Of a DNA stretch of 64,000 nt, positions 19,497 through 28,003 are shown one piece after another. The notes under the pieces are model-generated. The model was not told where the DNA came from and did no database searches. It saw only the letters and a program-made list of their open reading frames with translations. Source of the DNA: Candidatus Saliniplasma sp. (GTDB taxonomy: Archaea > Thermoplasmatota > Thermoplasmata > Halarchaeoplasmatales > Halarchaeoplasmataceae); NCBI GenBank assembly GCA_046497075.1, contig JAWOGF010000050.1, positions 17,772 through 81,771 on the forward strand. The letters run 5' to 3'. The position numbers and the translations under genes are program-made. Position 1 is the stretch's first letter. Each line of letters begins with the position of its first letter.

Positions 19497-20150
19497 CTAT
19501 TCCACTATCAATATAGAATGGCCTTTCTGCCATCTAGATATATCTACGCATGTAACCTTCTCATACCCCTCGTCTACAACTTTCCCTACCAAATCATCGA
19601 TGACCTTTTTAGAAGGTTTAGAAACATCTATACTCCTAGATTTGATAGCTATCATACCGTACCCACCCTCTCCGATAAAGGTCAGGTTTTTAAGAAATAT
19701 CTCAAGTTGGTTCCGTTGTGCGATATCCTGGTAGACAAAATCTACCTGTTCTACAATATCCTCATAGGTCTCTAAGTGATTAGCATCCGCCATTATCGGG
19801 AAAATGTTTTTCCTTTTTCTAGACAGTTTCAGGAGGTTGCGATACGGTTTTCTAGCCTTTTCAACAGCAAATATCCTACCATCTGTTAAAATATCTGAGA
19901 CATGCGATACCGTTGTACCGTCCCCGGCACCTAGATATAGGATCTCGTCCTCGTGGCTGAACGGTAAACCGCCTTCCTTTACTAAAAATGCTCCCAATTT
20001 ACTTCGGTTTGGATCCCAGTGCCTGTATTCAAAATCATCTATTTTCAACAAATCTTCCCCGTAAACAGGTTCGCCAGGAACAAGATTCAAGGTAAAATAT
20101 CTACATTCTATGCGGTAGGTACCGTCGGAAACGGGTACGGGTCCTTTCAT
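19497..20150 (-). CDS. flpA: Fibrillarin-like rRNA/tRNA 2'-O-methyltransferase
   Basis: VYGE, YRHWDPNRSKLGA, LYLGAGDGTTVSHVSD, YQDIAQ, IKSRSID. Confidence 0.95.
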   Translation of the reverse strand: MKGPVPVSDGTYRIECRYFTLNLVPGEPVYGEDLLKIDDFEYRHWDPNRSKLGAFLVKEGGLPFSHEDEILYLGAGDGTTVSHVSDILTDGRIFAVEKARKPYRNLLKLSRKRKNIFPIMADANHLETYEDIVEQVDFVYQDIAQRNQLEIFLKNLTFIGEGGYGMIAIKSRSIDVSKPSKKVIDDLVGKVVDEGYEKVTCVDISRWQKGHSILIVE

Positions 20151-21241
20151 CTCATCTCATCCAAAACCACTGGGAACTTTTCTGCAAACTTTCGAGCACC
20201 TTCTTCAGGAACCGTGAAAGATATCCTTACGAATTTATCACCGGCTTTCTTCGAGAGGTAGTTCCCGCCGCGTACGAATATATCATGCTCGTAAAGGAGC
20301 TTCTCCTGTATCTTTTGTGGGTCCAATCCGGTCTCATCTATATCTATCGCGAACATGTTGGTGTTGGATGGATAAACCGGTAGGAAAACATCGGGAATAT
20401 CCTCTACTGCATCCTTGATTATAGCTTGATTTTTACGTGACTGTTCAAGCATGTCAGGGAGCCATTGTTTTTTGGTTTCCAAAGCCTTTTTCGCTCCGAC
20501 CTGTGCGATGACGTTTGCAGATAGAACGTTGGTCCGGTACTTGTGAAGTATATCAGAGTATTCGTCGGGCATGATCAAGGCACCCAATCTCATCCCTGCA
20601 AAACCTATGTTCTTTGAAAAGGAATATACAAATATAGTCCGTTCAGGAACGAAATCTGATGTGAGGGTATGATCATACGCAAAATCCCTATAGGTAATAT
20701 CATCGATGACTAGTAGATCATTATCCTCAGCTATCTCACAGATTCCCTTTACCTCTTTTTTAGTATAGGAGGAGCCTAACGGATTCAAAGGATCGATCAA
20801 GAGGATCATCTTGGTATCTTGGTCAACTTCTTCATTAACCTCTTCAACTGTCATCCTGTAAGGGTCTTTATAAACCTGGATCTCTTTCGGGATAGCTCCA
20901 CTCAATTCTATCTGATGATGGATCGGCATGAAGCTAGGATCCGACGCGATGACGTTATCACCCTCGTCGAGCAGAGCACGGGTAAGGGTATACGTTCCTT
21001 CGATAGCCCCATTGGTTATTATTGCATCAAAACCATCTTTCAAACCGAGGTCTTCAAGTAACCTTTCTTTCAATCCGAGGACTCCATCTCTATGTGGGTA
21101 AAGATTGAATTTCTTATCTTCTAGAGCTTCTTTCATGGCTTTCAACATCTCCGGTGATGCTTCAAGCTGATTAGTGTTCTGACTCATCCAGACGATCTTT
21201 TCCTCCCTTTCATGGGCGTAAACGAACGGGTCTCTTTCCAT
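20147..21241 (-). CDS. PLP-dependent aminotransferase class I/II
   Basis: DPLNPLG, DDITY and SFSKNIGFAGMRLG (PLP lysine) motifs. Confidence 0.9.
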   Translation of the reverse strand: MERDPFVYAHEREEKIVWMSQNTNQLEASPEMLKAMKEALEDKKFNLYPHRDGVLGLKERLLEDLGLKDGFDAIITNGAIEGTYTLTRALLDEGDNVIASDPSFMPIHHQIELSGAIPKEIQVYKDPYRMTVEEVNEEVDQDTKMILLIDPLNPLGSSYTKKEVKGICEIAEDNDLLVIDDITYRDFAYDHTLTSDFVPERTIFVYSFSKNIGFAGMRLGALIMPDEYSDILHKYRTNVLSANVIAQVGAKKALETKKQWLPDMLEQSRKNQAIIKDAVEDIPDVFLPVYPSNTNMFAIDIDETGLDPQKIQEKLLYEHDIFVRGGNYLSKKAGDKFVRISFTVPEEGARKFAEKFPVVLDEMR

Positions 21242-21418
21242 TATACCACCAGGAATGGTATAGCGAAGTGAGTATAAGTTTTTCGGGCAGAACTGAAAAT
21301 CTCTCTTAGAAAATTATTTATCGACCTTTTCTTTTAGGAGGGTTGTAGGCGGCTCGTTGGTTTTATATACCACCTGCTTTTAAGATGAGCACGTGAAGCG
21401 TTTTCAAAATCGCATCTA

Positions 21419-21517
21419 GCTCCCGTGGTGTAGTCCGGCCAATCATCTCGGCCTTTCGAGGCCGATAAAACCGGCCAAAGACAGCCGATCACTCGGGTTC
21501 GAATCCCGACGGGAGCA
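21419..21517 (+). tRNA. tRNA-Glu(TTC) with 24-nt intron (21459..21482) at position 37/38
   Basis: Acceptor GCTCCCG/CGGGAGC, anticodon stem TCGGC/GCCGA, T-arm TCGGG-TTCGAAT-CCCGA. The intron forms a BHB (central helix CTTT/AAAG, bulges CGA and ACA, outer helix GGCCG/CGGCC). TTTTATATA box upstream and T-tract downstream. Confidence 0.95.
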
Positions 21518-21701
21518 TTTTTACTTTCTTTTAAAAATCCGTACGGAGGGATGAGAACCTCGGTTCTTAAGGAATTATAATTCCTTATCTCACTCACCAG
21601 GTGTGCCTCGGGACGTGAGTCTATTTTCAAAAAATAGACGAACGGTTAGAATAAGAACGAAGTGAATATTCTGAGCAGAATCCCGACGGGAGCATTTTTA
21701 C
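21501..21701. repeat. 24-bp direct repeat of the tRNA 3' end (21501..21524 and 21678..21701) enclosing a 153-bp palindrome-rich element
   Basis: GAATCCCGACGGGAGCATTTTTAC occurs twice; internal hairpins at 21554-21567, 21568-21587 and 21619-21639. Confidence 0.85.
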
Positions 21702-21846
21702 ATAAAGTTGGATTCTCCTTCCATCACTATTCTTCTTTTCCAGTAGATGGATCAATATTCTCATAATTACAGAAAACCTAATAACACAAGAGAGGGTTTT
21801 GACTCATGGGTTTTAAATATAAAAAACAGGTATCGTTGATTTGTAT

Positions 21847-23487
21847 ATGCTGATCAATGTAGAAAGTCTGGATAAAACCATACGAGGTAGGAAGCTATTG
21901 AAGGATGTTTCTTTCACTATAATGGAGGGAGAAGGAGTTGGATTTATAGGTCCAAATGGGGAAGGAAAATCTACACTACTGGACATAATCACAGGTAAAG
22001 ATAGCTATTACACGGGAAGTGTAAAAATAAAGAACGGAATTTCCTATTCTTACCTTACTCAAGATATTAGTCTAAGAAATAAGAAAACTGTCGAAGAAGA
22101 ACTCGAAGATGTCGAGGACCCAAATATAGATAAAGTAAAAGAACTCGAAAGATATTCAAAGCTTCTTGAAGAGGATTCAACAGAGGATCAATCTTTAGAA
22201 GTGGCCAAAAAATATTCAGAATTGATGAACGAGATCCATGAGGAGAAAACTGGCAGTTCTAAAGGTATCGCCAAGAATATCCTGATCGAAGACTTTGATT
22301 TCGATGAAGGTATGCTGGATAGAAAGATCGGAACTCTAAGCGGTGGAGAAAAAAGGAAGGTCGAGTTGGCAAACTTTTTCTCTAAATACAAGGATGTAGA
22401 CCTCTTCATAATGGATGAACCTACGAACCATCTAGATCTTGAAGCGAAGAAATACTTTGAAAAGTATATCAACGACTTTAATGGAAGTTATTTTATGGTA
22501 GAACACGACAGGGAATTGCTTGATAACACCGTAGAAAAAATATTGGAGTTGGATGATGGTGAAATAGAAGTATATCATGGAAACTACTCTGATTATGAGA
22601 AGAAAAAAAAGACCCGGACAGTGAACAAACAAATGAAACTTGACCGACTTGAAAAGAAGGTCAAAAGCGAGAAAGAAGCTATCAAGAACTTAGAACTTAA
22701 GGCTAGCGGCGGAGGGGACTATATCAAAAAAGATAGGGTAAGAAGATTGAAAGGGTTAAAGAATAAAAGGGACCGACTGCAAAATGAACTGAGAGCAGAT
22801 GAAGTAGATATCAACCTGAATTTAAAAAAGACACCCGAGGAGTATACTCTTCTAGAAGTTAAAAAATTGACCAAAAGTTACGATGAGTTCGTCTTTGAAA
22901 ACATCACATTCGATATGAAACCTGGAAAAAAGATAGCATTGGTCGGACCTAATGGTTCGGGAAAATCCACATTACTAGAAATAATCTTTGGGAACAATAG
23001 TCCAGACTCCGGAAATGTCGAAGTGGGTAAAAAAACGAAGATAGGTTATCACGCTCAAGAATTTACCCCAGCAAGCGAAGATTATGTAGTACTTGACGAT
23101 ATCTGGGATAAAACCTACGGTGAGCATAGACCGATAACTCACACTACACATCACCTTTCTAAGGAAAAGGAAGAGAAACTAAGGAATTATCTAGGTGGTT
23201 TTGGTTTTACGGGAGATGATGTTTTTAAAGAGGTCTGCGAGCTAAGTGGCGGTGAAAAGACCTTGCTTTCCGTGGCTGAGATGATGTATGGCGGCTGTAA
23301 TCTTATTCTACTGGACGAACCCACCAATAACTTAGACATTGAAAAAAGAAAAAAATTGGAGGAATCTATCAAAGATTATGAAGGCGGTGTTCTTCTAGCA
23401 TCTCATGATAGAAGATTTATAAAAAACGCTTTAGACGAGGCTTGGAGCATCAAAAGAAGTGAGATCGAAAGCTACGTTCTAGATTGA
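21847..23487 (+). CDS. ABC-F family ribosome-associated ATPase
   Basis: Two NBDs (GPNGEGKST/LSGGE/MDEPTNHLD and GPNGSGKST/LSGGE/LDEPTNNLD), GNYSDY linker, no TM domains. Confidence 0.92.
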   Translation: MLINVESLDKTIRGRKLLKDVSFTIMEGEGVGFIGPNGEGKSTLLDIITGKDSYYTGSVKIKNGISYSYLTQDISLRNKKTVEEELEDVEDPNIDKVKELERYSKLLEEDSTEDQSLEVAKKYSELMNEIHEEKTGSSKGIAKNILIEDFDFDEGMLDRKIGTLSGGEKRKVELANFFSKYKDVDLFIMDEPTNHLDLEAKKYFEKYINDFNGSYFMVEHDRELLDNTVEKILELDDGEIEVYHGNYSDYEKKKKTRTVNKQMKLDRLEKKVKSEKEAIKNLELKASGGGDYIKKDRVRRLKGLKNKRDRLQNELRADEVDINLNLKKTPEEYTLLEVKKLTKSYDEFVFENITFDMKPGKKIALVGPNGSGKSTLLEIIFGNNSPDSGNVEVGKKTKIGYHAQEFTPASEDYVVLDDIWDKTYGEHRPITHTTHHLSKEKEEKLRNYLGGFGFTGDDVFKEVCELSGGEKTLLSVAEMMYGGCNLILLDEPTNNLDIEKRKKLEESIKDYEGGVLLASHDRRFIKNALDEAWSIKRSEIESYVLD

Positions 23488-23591
23488 TTAACGTTCCCTA
23501 TTCCTTTAGCGAGTTTCGAGTTTTCATATAGTCATATTTCGTTTCTTAGCCCTCAAATCTATATAACAGAAATGCGTACTTTATTAATTAG

Positions 23592-24494
23592 ATGCAAAAA
23601 GGAAAAATATTTGATATAAAGCAGTTCGCTGTACACGACGGACCCGGGGTGAGGACTACTGTTTTCTTCAAAGGCTGCCCTCTTAACTGCTGGTGGTGCC
23701 ACAACCCCGAAAGTATCGATGAAAACGACGAGCTGTTTTTCTACGGATCCATGTGTATGGCCTGTGAAGATTGTGTGAGTACCTGTACCGAAGATGCTAT
23801 CCAAAAAAAAGATGGAAAAATAATCATCGATAGAATGAAGTGCAATCTGTGCGGTCGATGCGCCGAGGTTTGTCCAACCGCCTCCTTGAGATTGGTGGGT
23901 AAAACTGTTACAGTCGATGAAGTGATGTCCGAGATTAAAAAGTCTAGAATTTTTTTCGACAGCTCAAAGGGAGGTGTTACGCTGTCAGGAGGAGAACCAT
24001 TCCACCAATACGAATTTATGAAAAACCTGATAGAAGCGTGCAAGGATGAGGATATACACGTAACACTGGATACCTGCGGACACGTTAAAAAAGAATATTT
24101 TAATGCCGTTATCGATGATGTTGACCTATTCTTATTCGATTTGAAGTTGATCGACGATAAACTACACAAGAAATATACAGGGATCTCAAACAAGAATATC
24201 TTGAAAAACCTTAGAAATCTACTAGGTACCAAGGGAAAGGATGTGATAATAAGATTCCCGGTTATCCCAGGAGTCACCGATACGGAAGAAAATATCGAGA
24301 ATCTGATGAATTTCTTATCCCATTTCAAAAGTATCTTAGAGATCGATTTATTACCATACCACGATGTAGAAGGAAAATTCGATAAACTGGGGAAAGAATA
24401 CAGGCTTCCTCCCTTATCCATTTCCAACGGGAAGTTAAAAGATATAAAAAGAAGGTTTGAATCGAAAGGTTACCGGGTGAAAATAGGTGGTTAG
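23592..24494 (+). CDS. Glycyl-radical enzyme activase (radical SAM with 2x[4Fe-4S] ferredoxin insert)
   Basis: HDGPGVRTTVFFKGCPLNCWWCHNPES, two CxxCxxCxxxC motifs, GGVTLSGGEP. Confidence 0.95.
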   Translation: MQKGKIFDIKQFAVHDGPGVRTTVFFKGCPLNCWWCHNPESIDENDELFFYGSMCMACEDCVSTCTEDAIQKKDGKIIIDRMKCNLCGRCAEVCPTASLRLVGKTVTVDEVMSEIKKSRIFFDSSKGGVTLSGGEPFHQYEFMKNLIEACKDEDIHVTLDTCGHVKKEYFNAVIDDVDLFLFDLKLIDDKLHKKYTGISNKNILKNLRNLLGTKGKDVIIRFPVIPGVTDTEENIENLMNFLSHFKSILEIDLLPYHDVEGKFDKLGKEYRLPPLSISNGKLKDIKRRFESKGYRVKIGG

Positions 24495-26918
24495 ATGGAT
24501 AACATAATGTCATGTAGTTTAGGAAGGGAAGAAGAGATAGAGGCCAGGAGGTCCTCCATAAAGCCCATCAACGAGAGGATAAAAAGATTGAGAGAGGAAA
24601 GTGTTGAAGGGGCGGTAACGGTGTCATCTGAAAGGGCTGAACTAATAACCGATTTTTACAAAAACGTGGATCTAAAAGATCATTCTGTACCGGTTCAACG
24701 AGCTTTAGCTTTCAAACATTTGATGGAAAATGTTAGCATCCCGGTCGAAAAAGGTCAACTTATTGTAGGGATACGGGGAACTGGAGTGAAAGAGGTACCG
24801 ACCTACCCCGAAGTCTGCTGTCATAAAAAAGAAGATCTCGATGTCCTAGATTCTCGAGAAAACAACCCCTATAAGGTAGATAAAAATACAGAAGAGAGTT
24901 ATGCCAAAGAAATCATCCCGTTCTGGGAAGGGAAAACGATACGGGAGAAAATATTCGACAGGATGAGTGAAGAGTGGAAAGACGCCTATGAGGCTGGTGT
25001 CTTCACTGAATTCATGGAACAAAGAGTACCTGGCCATACATCAGGCGGGGAAAAAATATTCTCTACAGGACTGCTGGAAATAAAAAAAGAGATCCAAGAA
25101 AAAAAGTCTGATGAACAACTGAAAAGCAGAAAACTCGAAGAATTAAAGGCTATGGAGATAACGATAGATGGTATGATATCTTATGCTGAGAGGTACGCGG
25201 ATAAATTGGAAATGATGTCTGCAAAACATGAAGATAAAACCAGAAAAGAAGAACTCAAGTATATGTCTAAAATATGTAGAAAAGTTCCAAAGCATCCGCC
25301 GGATACATACTGGGAGGCCCTACAGCATTACTGGTTCATTCACGTCGGTATCACCACTGAGTCAAATCCGTGGGATTCTTTCAACCCGGGTAGACTTGAC
25401 CAGCACCTTTATCCATTCTACCAAGATGGGATCGAAAACGGTGTTTTGGATAAAAGGAGGGCTAAAGAACTTCTAGAAGCATTTTGGCTCAAATTCAATA
25501 ATCAGCCAGCACCTCCAAAAGTAGGTGTCACCGCCCAGGAAAGCAATACCTATAACGATTTTTCTAAGATCAACATAGGAGGGGTCGATAAAGATGGTTT
25601 TAACGGTGTGAATGAGATCTCTTACCTATTATTGGAAACATTAGAGGATATGAGAACCCTCCAACCGAACACGGCGGTGTTGATCAGCAAGAAGGCCCCA
25701 GATAAGTTTTTGAATAAAGCCCTAGAAGTAGTAAAACCGGGTTTCGGGGAACCTCCCTTTTTCAATCACGATGAGATCATCAAGATATTGTTGAGGCAGG
25801 GTAAAGAATTAAAGGACGCAAGGACCGGCGGGGTCAGCGGATGTATTGAGACCGGTGCATTCGGGAAGGAAAGCTACATACTCACTGGTTATTTTAACCT
25901 ACCTAAAGTATTAGAGATCACGCTTCACAACGGGATTGATCCTATGAGCGGGAAGAAAATAGGATCGAAAACCGGTGAGGTAAAAAATTTTGATACGTTT
26001 TCAGAACTGTTCCAGGCTTTCAAAGAACAACTGAGATATTTTATCGATGTCAAGGAGAAGGGTAACGATACGATAGAAAAAATTTATCACGAGGAGCTAC
26101 CCGTACCTTTCTTATCGTTGTGGATAGAAGATTGTGTGGAAGAAGGAACAGATTATAACAGCGGTGGGGCTCGCTACAATACCCAATATATACAGATGGT
26201 GGGTCTCGGAACGATCGTGGATTCGCTTTCCTCGGTAAAATTCAATATTTTCAACAAAAACAGGTATGATTTTGAGAAAGTGATGACCGCATTGGAAGAA
26301 AACTTCGAGACAGAAGAGCGGATGCGTCAGGTATTCATCAACAAGACTCCTAAATATGGAAACGATAACGATTACGCCGACGACATCGCAAAGAAACTCT
26401 TCGACACATGTATAGATATCGTAGAGAGTTACCCCCCTTCTCCCATAAGAAAGGCATCTAGACGAGTTTACGGACTTCCTACCACAGTTCACGTTTACTT
26501 TGGAAGTATGTGTAAGGCTACACCCGACGGAAGGAAATCCGGAGAGCCTCTTTCGGAAGGTATATCCCCTGTACAGGGTGCCGACAGAAAGGGTATAGGA
26601 GCAGTATTTCGATCTGTAGGAAAATTGGATCATGTCAAATCCGGCGGGACCCTGTTGAACCAAAAGTTATCCCCGGATCTTATCAATGACGAGGAGGTTA
26701 GAAAAAAGCTGGGGGCCTTGATGAGAGGGTACTTCAAGATGGATTCACATCACGTCCAGTATAACGTTGTGAGCACCGAGCTGTTGAGAGAAGCTCAGGA
26801 AAATCCGGACGAGTTCAGGGATCTTATGGTCCGGGTTGCTGGGTACAGTGACTATTTTGTAAATCTTCCAAAGGGTTTACAAGAAGAGATAATAGAAAGG
26901 ACCGAGCAGAATGGATGA
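24495..26918 (+). CDS. hypD: Glycyl radical enzyme, trans-4-hydroxy-L-proline dehydratase type
   Basis: FTEFMEQRxPGH, NPWDSFNPGRLDQ, FNNQPAPPKVG..ESNTYNDF, SGCIE, YILTGY, LPTTVHVYFG and the C-terminal RVAGYS radical loop match the HypD subfamily as I recall it. Confidence 0.85.
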   Translation: MDNIMSCSLGREEEIEARRSSIKPINERIKRLREESVEGAVTVSSERAELITDFYKNVDLKDHSVPVQRALAFKHLMENVSIPVEKGQLIVGIRGTGVKEVPTYPEVCCHKKEDLDVLDSRENNPYKVDKNTEESYAKEIIPFWEGKTIREKIFDRMSEEWKDAYEAGVFTEFMEQRVPGHTSGGEKIFSTGLLEIKKEIQEKKSDEQLKSRKLEELKAMEITIDGMISYAERYADKLEMMSAKHEDKTRKEELKYMSKICRKVPKHPPDTYWEALQHYWFIHVGITTESNPWDSFNPGRLDQHLYPFYQDGIENGVLDKRRAKELLEAFWLKFNNQPAPPKVGVTAQESNTYNDFSKINIGGVDKDGFNGVNEISYLLLETLEDMRTLQPNTAVLISKKAPDKFLNKALEVVKPGFGEPPFFNHDEIIKILLRQGKELKDARTGGVSGCIETGAFGKESYILTGYFNLPKVLEITLHNGIDPMSGKKIGSKTGEVKNFDTFSELFQAFKEQLRYFIDVKEKGNDTIEKIYHEELPVPFLSLWIEDCVEEGTDYNSGGARYNTQYIQMVGLGTIVDSLSSVKFNIFNKNRYDFEKVMTALEENFETEERMRQVFINKTPKYGNDNDYADDIAKKLFDTCIDIVESYPPSPIRKASRRVYGLPTTVHVYFGSMCKATPDGRKSGEPLSEGISPVQGADRKGIGAVFRSVGKLDHVKSGGTLLNQKLSPDLINDEEVRKKLGALMRGYFKMDSHHVQYNVVSTELLREAQENPDEFRDLMVRVAGYSDYFVNLPKGLQEEIIERTEQNG

Positions 26919-27127
26919 TCGCTGACATACTTAACCCCCCTCCACCCCATGCCTAACTCAGTGTAAAATGTAATTATCCCACCTCTAGCAAATATCTCAA
27001 TGGAGGGGGTATGTTGTACGATATTTATTGAGATTTGAACGGGAAACAAGGGGACGAACAAAATTCGATAACCGCTAAATCGCCCTTATTGATTTATATC
27101 ACCTTATACATACATAATATAGTAAAT

Positions 27128-27676
27128 ATGTTAGACAAAGATATGGTTCAAAAGATAAAAGATCTTTCATTACAGGGTGAAGAGGCCTGCGATATAGCAG
27201 AGAAACTGAATTGTGAAGTTAACGAGGTCCTCAAAATAATCGGTTTGGAAGATATCATCTCTGATGTCGTACCTCAAAAGACGCAATCCAAAGCTTTTGA
27301 AATGTTCGATAAGGGGAAAAAACCCGTTGATTTAGTAAAGGACGAAATCCTAACGGTTGACGAAGCTGGTCTTCTCTATAACAAATTCGTAGAACTTTCA
27401 AAGATAGGCACACCAGAAGAAAGTGAAAAAGAATCTGTCGAAAAATTATCTACACAATTGGGGCTGCTGGGGAGTAGATTATCAAGAGTCGAGTTGAAGA
27501 TAATGAACTCTGTGTTACTTCCAAAAACTAGAGTCTGTAATAAATGTGACACTAGTGCTTCTTACGGTATAGGCATCGTCTGTTCGAACTGTGGCGATAT
27601 GGATATCATACAAAAAGAAAAGAAACCGGCAGATATAGTGAAGGGGATTCACGAGCTTATAAAGAAAAAAGAATGA
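27128..27676 (+). CDS. Hypothetical protein with N-terminal HTH-like segments and C-terminal C4 zinc ribbon
   Basis: LQGEEACDIAEKLNCEVNEV (HTH-like) and CNKC...CSNCG. ATG 27128 preferred over the TTG extension. Confidence 0.6.
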   Translation: MLDKDMVQKIKDLSLQGEEACDIAEKLNCEVNEVLKIIGLEDIISDVVPQKTQSKAFEMFDKGKKPVDLVKDEILTVDEAGLLYNKFVELSKIGTPEESEKESVEKLSTQLGLLGSRLSRVELKIMNSVLLPKTRVCNKCDTSASYGIGIVCSNCGDMDIIQKEKKPADIVKGIHELIKKKE

Positions 27677-27693
27677 AGAATGATTTATGATTT

Positions 27694-27954
27694 TCATTCC
27701 TCTTGATTCTCTAAGATCGTTTTTACCATACGTTTTCCTTGATCTAACCGATCTAACCACATGTTCTCCCTTTTTGGTTTCCAACGATTGTCTTCAAATA
27801 CAGCTTCTAACCCCGCTTTCATGGCTTCTGTCCCGTTATCCCTAATAAATTCTATCCTTTCTTTTTCAGACATATTTTCAACAACCTCTGTCTTTTCATC
27901 CCGGTCAAAATCTCCAAAAGTTAACTGTTGAATGCTTTCCGCCATGTAAACCAC
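27694..27954 (-). CDS. Small acidic hypothetical protein downstream of the DnaA-like gene
   Basis: Natural composition; co-oriented with the DnaA-like gene and 49 bp downstream of it. Confidence 0.6.
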   Translation of the reverse strand: MVYMAESIQQLTFGDFDRDEKTEVVENMSEKERIEFIRDNGTEAMKAGLEAVFEDNRWKPKRENMWLDRLDQGKRMVKTILENQEE

Positions 27955-28003
27955 AATATTTTTTTAATCCTTATACATATACCCAATATTTATTTTACGC
28001 TGC

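Noticed and set aside
21334..21630. 98-aa minus-strand ORF
   Set aside because: Antisense to the tRNA-Glu gene; spurious.
21501..21701. CRISPR array
   Set aside because: Only two repeat copies, a 153-bp spacer, the repeat is the tRNA 3' end, and there are no cas genes.
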